Part shown: piece by piece, positions 9,139 through 16,457 of the stretch
Numbering within the stretch: position 1 is the stretch's first letter
How the letters are laid out: each line of letters starts with the position of its first letter
IMG/VR virus record: IMGVR_UViG_3300025073_000045
Span: 57,452 to 77,451 of that record
Reading direction: 5' to 3' (one strand)
Length of the DNA stretch: 20,000 nucleotides
DNA from: an uncultured virus (IMG/VR IMGVR_UViG_3300025073_000045)
Taxonomy: Duplodnaviria; Heunggongvirae; Uroviricota; Caudoviricetes
Notes under the pieces: model-generated
What the model saw: the letters and a program-made list of their open reading frames with translations, nothing else
The model's database searches: none
What the model was told of the DNA's origin: nothing
Translations under genes and position numbers: made by a program

Positions 9139-9146
9139 CAAATATA
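9139..9146 (-). promoter_or_regulatory. Candidate TAnnTTTG (-7 type) promoter element
   Basis: TATATTTG on the minus strand in an intergenic gap, 26 nt upstream of the ATG at 9112. Confidence 0.4.
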
Positions 9147-9157
9147 ATTCAGCTTTG

Positions 9158-10051
9158 TTAGAGTAAAAGAATTTTAAATTCATTTATAATTTCAGACCCT
9201 TTTAATAAAGCATTTTTCTGATAAATATATATGAGAGCATTTGCATATTGTTGACCAAAGGAACTGAGTTCATGATTATGATAGTAAAAAAAGCCTTCAC
9301 CTCTATCAAGTCTAAAAGCTATATTAGTTATTTCTAATCTTTCTTTCTCACCAAATCTCCAATCATCACAATAATCAAGGGAAGAGGTTTTTGATAATGC
9401 ATTTAGAGTATTTTGCACACTACCTGTAACATCTCTTTTCTTTTGATAGTACCCAAATGAAGCATTAAAGTTAAAATTTCCTAATTCAATTCCTAATACA
9501 GAGGCTAAATATCTTTGTAGCATTGTGTGATGAAAAACATCATATGGTAATAGATTCATTATATCAACAGTACGCATATATACAGAACAATGTAACTTAT
9601 TCTGAATTTTGAAGAAGTGAATATTTAATGTACAAGGCCTTCTATCCATTTCTTTTATGTAAAGATACTCAGGTTTCCACATTGTTAAAATAGCTTCTCG
9701 ATCTGCTGAAAGTTTTAATTTTTTTAAGATGTGTGGAATTTGTATTGTATATTCCTCACCATAACTATAATGAAATTCTCCATTTTCTTTTTCAAGTTTT
9801 CTTTTCCAAGCAGGTCTAAAAGTCCATGCTGATCCAGGATTTTGCATTTCCTTTTCCTCAAAAGCCAACCTGTTTGCTAGTTCAACAAAAGCCCATGACC
9901 AGTTTTTCTTATGGTTAATTAATGATAAAACAGGATTTGTAATTGTAAAACTAATTGGAGTAATTGTCTTAGCTTTTGCCCACAAAATACCTTCGTCTAA
10001 AGTTTTTTGAAGAATCTTTATATAAATTTCTTGAAAATTATCTGATGTCAT
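9158..10051 (-). CDS. Thymidylate-synthase-fold enzyme, dCMP-type (hydroxymethylase/methylase-like)
   Basis: RRPC140 catalytic Cys and YMRTVD. Asp171 lies 31 residues after the Cys, at the position of E. coli ThyA Asn177. Confidence 0.8.
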   Translation of the reverse strand: MTSDNFQEIYIKILQKTLDEGILWAKAKTITPISFTITNPVLSLINHKKNWSWAFVELANRLAFEEKEMQNPGSAWTFRPAWKRKLEKENGEFHYSYGEEYTIQIPHILKKLKLSADREAILTMWKPEYLYIKEMDRRPCTLNIHFFKIQNKLHCSVYMRTVDIMNLLPYDVFHHTMLQRYLASVLGIELGNFNFNASFGYYQKKRDVTGSVQNTLNALSKTSSLDYCDDWRFGEKERLEITNIAFRLDRGEGFFYYHNHELSSFGQQYANALIYIYQKNALLKGSEIINEFKILLL

Positions 10052-10104
10052 TTTTTCTCTTGAGTTTTAATTCTTAATCAAATAAATTGATGCAATTTAA
10101 TAAA

Positions 10105-10362
10105 TTATAAAACCTCATGTGGAAACTTCCGTGAAAAAAGTATATCTGCTTTTGTCATCAATTTATTGATATAATAACTTGAATAAGTTTCTAAAGCTTT
10201 ATTAAATTCTAAACTTCTAAATAGCATTGATACAAATGATTTATTATTCATAATAATAGTATTTGTATCTTCAAAGAAGTAAAAACCTGCAGTAACATTA
10301 TTTGAGACTATAACTTGCTTGTCTATAAATCGTTTATAGATTCCTTCAGACATATTTATCAT
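10105..10362 (-). CDS. Hypothetical protein (85 aa)
   Basis: ATGA coupling to 10359..10619. Confidence 0.6.
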   Translation of the reverse strand: MINMSEGIYKRFIDKQVIVSNNVTAGFYFFEDTNTIIMNNKSFVSMLFRSLEFNKALETYSSYYINKLMTKADILFSRKFPHEVL

Positions 10363-10619
10363 GATGTTATATCTTTTGGTTGTTCATCTAATGATGGATC
10401 TATAATTGCTAATTCTGGAAAAGATCCGGTATTTTTGTACTCATCAATAAGATTAATAGTTACTTCTTCTAGTCTTGCTTTTAATTTGCTTAAATCAATA
10501 AAAACAGTTGATGGGATTGAAATAGCCATCGATTGAGAAAATTCTTGTCTCTGTACACCTTTTTGTTGAAAAATAACTGTGATCATGCTTTCATATTGGT
10601 CAACTGCTGTTCTTGCCAT
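10359..10619 (-). CDS. Hypothetical protein (86 aa)
   Basis: Strong AAGGAG RBS upstream of the ATG. Confidence 0.7.
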   Translation of the reverse strand: MARTAVDQYESMITVIFQQKGVQRQEFSQSMAISIPSTVFIDLSKLKARLEEVTINLIDEYKNTGSFPELAIIDPSLDEQPKDITS

Positions 10620-10639
10620 TTTAAACTCCTTTATAATTT

Positions 10640-10661
10640 AGGCCCTCAACTTAGAGGGCCT
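10640..10661. other. GC-rich stem-loop (8-bp perfect stem, 6-nt loop)
   Basis: AGGCCCTC-aactta-GAGGGCCT; no adjacent 3' U-tract on either strand. Confidence 0.7.
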
Positions 10662-10684
10662 GTGCAAAAAATAACTCTACCAAT

Positions 10685-10711
10685 CTATCTATACATTTCG
10701 ATTATAGATAG
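10685..10711. repeat. Inverted repeat (9-bp stem, 9-nt loop)
   Basis: CTATCTATA-catttcgat-TATAGATAG. Confidence 0.6.
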
Positions 10712-10732
10712 TTTTTAAGTCATAAGATCTCC

Positions 10733-10966
10733 TTATGTTATTGGATAAATCTTTCCTCCATGAGAGCCACAATCTGGACTTATGCATTCACCTTTTGAGT
10801 TAACTTGTATGTATCCACCTTGTATTTTACAACCTTCGCATAATACAACTGGATATAATTCATTTTTATCATCTTCAGGAGTGCTTAAACCATAAAAATC
10901 ATACTTAGTTGAATCCTCAAGAGGTTTAAATAATTTATCATGACATTGTTTACAAAAATCAGCCAC
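10733..10966 (-). CDS. Small Cys-rich putative Zn-binding phage protein
   Basis: CKQC, CEGC and C-x4-C-x2-H motifs; GTG start with GGAGG upstream. Confidence 0.7.
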   Translation of the reverse strand: MADFCKQCHDKLFKPLEDSTKYDFYGLSTPEDDKNELYPVVLCEGCKIQGGYIQVNSKGECISPDCGSHGGKIYPIT

Positions 10967-11204
10967 TTAACCTCCCATAACCATAATCAACTAATTCTTT
11001 TACAGTGAAAAGATTTTCAACATCCCCCTCTGGTATAGAAATATCAAAAAGTGATTCACACTCCATTAGAATTTCTATAACATCTAGTGAATCAGCACCT
11101 AAATCATTTATTAAGTGTGAGCTTTCTGTAATTTCAGAAAAATGAACACCCAACTTATTCTCTAAGATACTCTTAAATTTCAAAAGTATAGCATCTCTTT
11201 CCAA
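10959..11204 (-). CDS. acpP: Acyl carrier protein
   Basis: Acidic 81-aa protein with the DLGADSLD phosphopantetheinylation motif and FDISIP; TTG start with AGGAGG RBS. Confidence 0.9.
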   Translation of the reverse strand: MERDAILLKFKSILENKLGVHFSEITESSHLINDLGADSLDVIEILMECESLFDISIPEGDVENLFTVKELVDYGYGRLSG

Positions 11205-11213
11205 AACAACCTC

Positions 11214-11864
11214 CTAATATTTAGATTCAATTCTAAACTGGTTTACGTTTGATTTTCTAAAGTAAAGATTAAGAATTTCAAGTGGTTCCATTATTTCAAG
11301 CATAAGAACAATATAAGCCTCATATGCTAATAAATAGTGTTTCTTGAATTTTGCTTCATCTGTTGGATATTGAGAGCATTTCCAAGGTTTATTCTTCAAA
11401 CAATTCATTGTAATACCAAGTCTCAAAACAAAATCAGTAACAGCTTCATCAATACTTACAACCTCTTTAGCTTGATGTACTACTTTTTCAAGTGAAATAT
11501 TAATATCAGTATGTTTTATACCTGAAAGTATACCCAATTCTGTTAAGAAATGTAAGCCATCTGCAAGTTCTTCTTTTGCATGTAAAAGTTGCTCATTTTG
11601 AGTTTCAACATTCTCACTATCATCAAACCATGCTTCAAGTGATTCTCCAATCTCCTCCATTGTTCTCCAAGCCATATCTTTCAATTGTGCTTGGCCTTTT
11701 CCATCATGAATATTGACTGGCATATCTTGAGTCCATCTTAAGCCATTCTGGTGTTCAAGAGGTGTATATTTTTGAGCTAATTGCTCTTGTCTATCAAAAA
11801 TAAGTTCATATATCTTTGATAAGTGTTCTTCATTAAATTGATCTGGAAAATCATATACGTTCAT
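11214..11864 (-). CDS. All-alpha (dimeric dUTPase/dCTPase-like) dNTP pyrophosphatase
   Basis: EEIGE...EELAD acidic metal-binding motifs, KNKPWK, and C-terminal YFRKSNVNQFR. Start placed at the ATG at 11864 because AGGAG lies upstream (the ORF track starts at 11903). Confidence 0.75.
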   Translation of the reverse strand: MNVYDFPDQFNEEHLSKIYELIFDRQEQLAQKYTPLEHQNGLRWTQDMPVNIHDGKGQAQLKDMAWRTMEEIGESLEAWFDDSENVETQNEQLLHAKEELADGLHFLTELGILSGIKHTDINISLEKVVHQAKEVVSIDEAVTDFVLRLGITMNCLKNKPWKCSQYPTDEAKFKKHYLLAYEAYIVLMLEIMEPLEILNLYFRKSNVNQFRIESKY

Positions 11865-11868
11865 TTTA

Positions 11869-12090
11869 CTACTCCTGGTTTGGTAATTTATCACATTTTT
11901 CACATAAGACTAATGAATCATTATCAAGAATTTTTCCTTCTTTACCTTTAAATGATTCTACATATGTATGTCCACAACTTAATTCATACATATAATCTGT
12001 TTTCATACTACTGCAAAATTCTTCATTAGATACCTTTCCACAAATTCCTGAACTTCCACCATACATAAATCTTTTGACAGTTCTTAACAT
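11869..12090 (-). CDS. Small putative Zn-ribbon protein
   Basis: LSCGH...CEKC motifs; tightly packed in the gene run. Confidence 0.6.
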   Translation of the reverse strand: MLRTVKRFMYGGSSGICGKVSNEEFCSSMKTDYMYELSCGHTYVESFKGKEGKILDNDSLVLCEKCDKLPNQE

Positions 12091-12091
12091 C

Positions 12092-12460
12092 TTATACCTG
12101 ATTAATACTTTTTAATGTTAATATATTTATTTCATCTCTTAATTTTTGAAAGGCTTCTGTCAATTGTTGCTTTTCAATTTTAATATTTATACTTCTAGTA
12201 ATAAATAATTCTATCTCTTGTGTAATCTTGCCTTTGTATATATACCCAAGAAATTTTTTATTCAAGTGCTTGCTAATCCTTACTTCAAAAAAACCATGTA
12301 TTGGTTTTACATACCAACATACTTTACTCTCCCTAATTACCTCTGACATAACAATATATTTATCATCATCTTGTCCACCAGACCAATATAATAAGAATTC
12401 CTTGTCAGGATTTTTAAGCATATAGCTTAATACCAATTTTTCTTTTACTGCATCAAACAT
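12092..12460 (-). CDS. Hypothetical protein (122 aa)
   Basis: Abuts both neighbours; no recognisable motif. Confidence 0.65.
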   Translation of the reverse strand: MFDAVKEKLVLSYMLKNPDKEFLLYWSGGQDDDKYIVMSEVIRESKVCWYVKPIHGFFEVRISKHLNKKFLGYIYKGKITQEIELFITRSINIKIEKQQLTEAFQKLRDEINILTLKSINQV

Positions 12461-13363
12461 TTAATTATTAAACCGGGTTTCAATTTTTTCAGTTAACAAA
12501 TTTAATACGTCTGTTTTTATTTTAAGATTGCTAAAATTCTCAATAAGATCAGAAGGACTAAAAGCTTTAATTTCAGAATCTCTTAATACCATGGAGAGTT
12601 TCAATCTGTCTGGATTTGGCATTTTAATATCTTCTCTTTCAAGATAATTAATTTTCACTTTTGGATTCTTTAAATCAACCAATTCTAGATTAAGCTTAAT
12701 TCTTTGAAAATCTGCAGGAAATAATTGATTAAGTTTATTCATCAAATCTGGATGCTCATCAATCAATTTTGCTGTCTTGACCGGACCAAATCCATATAAT
12801 CCAATAATGTTATCAGATTTATCACCAACAATAGCAAGATATTTTGGTATATCTGCTTTTGATACTCCAAATTCTTCCATTACCATTTGTTCATTATATT
12901 TTATAAGTCCTTTCTTACCGGGTCTAACAATATTTATATTTTTACTCTCATCCATTAATGAAAGTAAATCTTTATCTCCAGATATAACTGTGATATCTCT
13001 ACTAAACTTTTTTACTATAAAGGCAATTATGTCATCTGCTTCATAAGTTAATTTATCAATTTGAACTATTCCACAATGCGTTAGTACTTCCTTTAGTATC
13101 CTAAAAGACTCTTCAATACGCATTTTTTCAAATTCTTCATTTTCCTTTCTGGATTCTTTATATGCAGGATAATATATCTTTCTCCAATAGGGTTTTTTGT
13201 CCCAAGTAATTACAATACTAGAGCCAAACCTATTAGCATAAGAATTAAGGATAGATAAAAACCCATATAACATACCCGTAGGTGCGCCACCACTTGATTC
13301 AAATTGAATAAAAGTATGGTATGCTCTATAAGCAAGATTAGAACCGTCAATAACTGTTATCAT
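12461..13363 (-). CDS. 5'-3' exonuclease / flap endonuclease (PolI N-terminal-like)
   Basis: IDGSNLAYR, YPAYK, EADD, SGDKD, GDKSDNI and GFGPVKT (H3TH). Confidence 0.93.
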   Translation of the reverse strand: MITVIDGSNLAYRAYHTFIQFESSGGAPTGMLYGFLSILNSYANRFGSSIVITWDKKPYWRKIYYPAYKESRKENEEFEKMRIEESFRILKEVLTHCGIVQIDKLTYEADDIIAFIVKKFSRDITVISGDKDLLSLMDESKNINIVRPGKKGLIKYNEQMVMEEFGVSKADIPKYLAIVGDKSDNIIGLYGFGPVKTAKLIDEHPDLMNKLNQLFPADFQRIKLNLELVDLKNPKVKINYLEREDIKMPNPDRLKLSMVLRDSEIKAFSPSDLIENFSNLKIKTDVLNLLTEKIETRFNN

Positions 13364-13842
13364 TGCTGCGCCTTTATAATTTTCAAGTAGCGTTTTCCAT
13401 CAAGCATAGTATCTTCAATTAGGTTTTTCATGGTTAATTCTTCAATAACTTTTCTCAATCTTGTTCTTGGAGATTGACCATATTTACTATATTCAAACTT
13501 GACATCTACAGTATCATATAGCTCTTTATAAAAGATACCATTCTTACTTTCAAATATAGTTTTTACTATAAATGATTTTTTTGATTCTGTTGGATTCTCT
13601 TTATTTCTTTGAATTGAATATTTTACATTCTTCATTAGTTGAAATTCATTTACCATATTCATGTATTTTGAATATACTAAATCTAAGAAAGGTTCCCCAT
13701 CTTCAATATGATCAGGCATTTCTAAATCAAATTCCTCTTTTACTAAAGCAAGTCTCTGAGAAAAAGGTAAATCATAGTTTAGAACACATCTTCTAAAATC
13801 CTCTTTCCCAATTATTTTTACTGAATTATTATCAGTAGACAT
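13360..13842 (-). CDS. Hypothetical protein, possible C-terminal winged helix
   Basis: 160-aa ORF with AAGGA RBS. The C-terminal RLRKVIEELTMKNLIE...GKRYL resembles a wHTH (weak). Confidence 0.65.
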   Translation of the reverse strand: MSTDNNSVKIIGKEDFRRCVLNYDLPFSQRLALVKEEFDLEMPDHIEDGEPFLDLVYSKYMNMVNEFQLMKNVKYSIQRNKENPTESKKSFIVKTIFESKNGIFYKELYDTVDVKFEYSKYGQSPRTRLRKVIEELTMKNLIEDTMLDGKRYLKIIKAQQ

Positions 13843-13865
13843 AATAAATCCTTTTTATTTATTTA

Positions 13866-13873
13866 CAAATATA
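13866..13873 (-). promoter_or_regulatory. Candidate TAnnTTTG (-7 type) promoter element
   Basis: TATATTTG on the minus strand in an intergenic gap, 23 nt upstream of the ATG at 13842. Confidence 0.4.
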
Positions 13874-13878
13874 ATATA

Positions 13879-14280
13879 TCATTGATTTTTATTTCCTTGT
13901 TCCATTAATTTTTTATGATATTGAAACTTATAGTCTCTTAAAAGATTTCTAGCCTCAATCCAAGTTGGATCCTTACTATCAACTAATTCTTTAATCTTTT
14001 GACTAACAAGTTCTACTAACCATTTGGTTATTGGGGGTTTTCTATCAACTTTTTCTGTTCTATATGTGAGCATTAAATATAAAGCAAAAGTTTGAAATGC
14101 TTCTACATTCATTTTGGGTATATTAACTTTAAGTTGATGATATCTTTCATTCTTCTTTCTGTTGGTTCTTAAGCCAATTCCACTAATAAAAAATGATTCT
14201 ATACCTTTCTTTTCAAGTAAAAATTTATCAATGTCTTGTTCAAATTCATTCTTAGTATTAATTTTTCTTTTATTCTCCAT
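13879..14280 (-). CDS. Hypothetical basic protein (133 aa)
   Basis: Abuts the helicase stop codon, with GGAG upstream. Confidence 0.7.
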   Translation of the reverse strand: MENKRKINTKNEFEQDIDKFLLEKKGIESFFISGIGLRTNRKKNERYHQLKVNIPKMNVEAFQTFALYLMLTYRTEKVDRKPPITKWLVELVSQKIKELVDSKDPTWIEARNLLRDYKFQYHKKLMEQGNKNQ

Positions 14281-15801
14281 CTATAATTCTCCATTAAAAA
14301 ACTTATTTATATAATCAATAAAGTCTTCCTCAGTTTCAACAATTTTAATTATTGATGCTTTAGTCTTTTTATAAATATCTAGTCTTTCCTCAGAATGTTT
14401 TCTTAAATGTCCTACTTTTGTAATCCATTTATATTCTTCTTTTTGAATCTTATTAACTCCATCATCATCATAAGTGTCAATAAGCAATACTTTACCTTTA
14501 GTCTTAGTAACTCTTGCTCCTCTTCCTTTTTCTTGTACAACTAACCTCTCTGATTTTTTAGCAGAACCTCTTACAATAGCATCAACACTTGGGATATTGA
14601 GACCTTCTTTTCCCACAGTTAATACTATATTATTGATTTCCTTATTTTCTAGCTGAGTATATATTCTTTTTCTTTCTTTTAATTTAGTATCACCCGTTAC
14701 TTCAATAATCTCATCGCTTATCTGCCTTAATAAATCTAACTGGAATTTTTTACTATCAATCATTAACAAGCTTGTTCCATCATGTTGATTAATAGTCTGA
14801 ATAGCTTTTAAAAGCATATAATTTCTATTTTCATTTAAATAAATATTATTCTTTGTGGCTTCTTTCTCATCTTCATAGAAAGGAACTTTATGCTTATAGA
14901 TTAATATATAAGGTTTTGCCAATCTACCAATTGATATTAAATAATCTTCATCAATTTGTATTAGCTTTTTACCACAGACAGCTTGAATGAATAATTCACT
15001 TTCTTCTGGAGTTGCTGAAAAACCAAATCTATTCTCAGCAGGACAAGCCATTGCAATTTTATAGTAACCAGTGTATCCTTGAGGAATTCTTCTAATAATC
15101 CTTCCACCTTTCTTTATAATTTTTGCTTTAGTAAAATTAGCATGATGTGCTTCATCTAACATAATTGTATTAAATTGTTCTAACCAGCCATTAGAAACTA
15201 ATTCATCAAATGAAGAATCGAGTGTATCAACACTAGCAACTTTAATTCTGCTTTGAGAAGCATAAATAGATTCTTTACCAATGATAAAATCAATATCTTC
15301 ATTTAATGCATTAAATATATCAAATCCTATTTGTTCAACTAAATCAATACTGGGTACTATAACAAGTGCTTTACCTTTGAAATGTCCTAGCAACGTAGCA
15401 ATAATAGTAGTTTTTCCTCCTCCAGTAGCAATATGATAATAACCTCTTCTATTTTCAATCCCAATATCAATAGCTAGTTTTTGTTTATCATAAAAATCAT
15501 AATCAAATTTAGCGTGTTGTTCCTCAATTATATCCTTATAATTTCTTTCATCAATTATATTTAATTCAATTGATTCTGGTACTTCTTCAACAACTTTGTT
15601 AAACAAGCCTGTAGGAAATTTTCTTAAATTCAAATTTGCTAAACATAAAGATTTATCTTGATGGATTATCTCTCCATTACCTCTGTGAAATGCAGAATAC
15701 TCAAATTTACATGCTTGTTGCACATAGTTATACATCTCATATGGATTCTCTTCTTTATTAATAGAGAAATAAGTATAATTATGTTGTATTCTTAGATTCA
15801 T
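14281..15801 (-). CDS. Superfamily 2 DExH helicase (UvsW/ResIII-like)
   Basis: ATGGGKT, LDEAH, SATP, EGLNIP and QEKGRGAR motifs. Confidence 0.92.
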   Translation of the reverse strand: MNLRIQHNYTYFSINKEENPYEMYNYVQQACKFEYSAFHRGNGEIIHQDKSLCLANLNLRKFPTGLFNKVVEEVPESIELNIIDERNYKDIIEEQHAKFDYDFYDKQKLAIDIGIENRRGYYHIATGGGKTTIIATLLGHFKGKALVIVPSIDLVEQIGFDIFNALNEDIDFIIGKESIYASQSRIKVASVDTLDSSFDELVSNGWLEQFNTIMLDEAHHANFTKAKIIKKGGRIIRRIPQGYTGYYKIAMACPAENRFGFSATPEESELFIQAVCGKKLIQIDEDYLISIGRLAKPYILIYKHKVPFYEDEKEATKNNIYLNENRNYMLLKAIQTINQHDGTSLLMIDSKKFQLDLLRQISDEIIEVTGDTKLKERKRIYTQLENKEINNIVLTVGKEGLNIPSVDAIVRGSAKKSERLVVQEKGRGARVTKTKGKVLLIDTYDDDGVNKIQKEEYKWITKVGHLRKHSEERLDIYKKTKASIIKIVETEEDFIDYINKFFNGEL

Positions 15802-16457
15802 GATAATGACTTAGTGATATAATCTATAAATTTAGAATTTATAGAAGAAGTATTAATATCAACATTATGAAACATTGCTCTTATCTTTTTCATAGGTTTT
15901 GCAATACCATTTCGTCTACTATAACCAATGATTTTTGCGATAGTTTCTCTTTTCATGTTTGGAAACATAAGTTTTAATTGAAAGATATTACCAATTTTTT
16001 GACCAGACTTCCCTCTAAAAACTCCTTGTATTTCTTTTATAAATTTTATAAGTGTACCATCTGATACATAAACCCTAATATCAAAATCCATTGGAACTTC
16101 AATCTCAATATCATAATTTTCAATTTCTAAATTTGGGTCCATATGAGAATTTATAACCATACCTGATTTTTTAAAAATTGAAATAATTTCTTTAACCACT
16201 GCTTGTTTTACAAGCATATATATCCATGCGTGTGGAGAGTTATTTTTTAATGGATTATATGTTTTTAATGCTTTTATATAACCAAAATAGGCAATAGATT
16301 CAAAATCTTCTTTTAATAATATTCCTGATTTATCCTCATAATACTTTAAATACCAAGATCTTTTTAGTTTATAAAAGTAGTAACATAATTCTTTATCAGT
16401 TACTTTACCTTCTTGATATTTTGCACAAAATTTAACTAATTCCTCATTTTCTATCAT
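15798..16457 (-). CDS. Phage sigma70-family sigma factor-like protein
   Basis: Region-2-like EDFESIAYFGYIKALKTYNP...HAWIYMLVKQAV and C-terminal HTH RETIAKIIGYSR. The start may be the ATG at 16457 or the TTG at 16469. Confidence 0.7.
   Translation of the reverse strand: MIENEELVKFCAKYQEGKVTDKELCYYFYKLKRSWYLKYYEDKSGILLKEDFESIAYFGYIKALKTYNPLKNNSPHAWIYMLVKQAVVKEIISIFKKSGMVINSHMDPNLEIENYDIEIEVPMDFDIRVYVSDGTLIKFIKEIQGVFRGKSGQKIGNIFQLKLMFPNMKRETIAKIIGYSRRNGIAKPMKKIRAMFHNVDINTSSINSKFIDYITKSLS

Noticed and set aside
10640..10661. Rho-independent terminator
   Set aside because: The stem is strong but has no U-tract immediately 3' on either strand.
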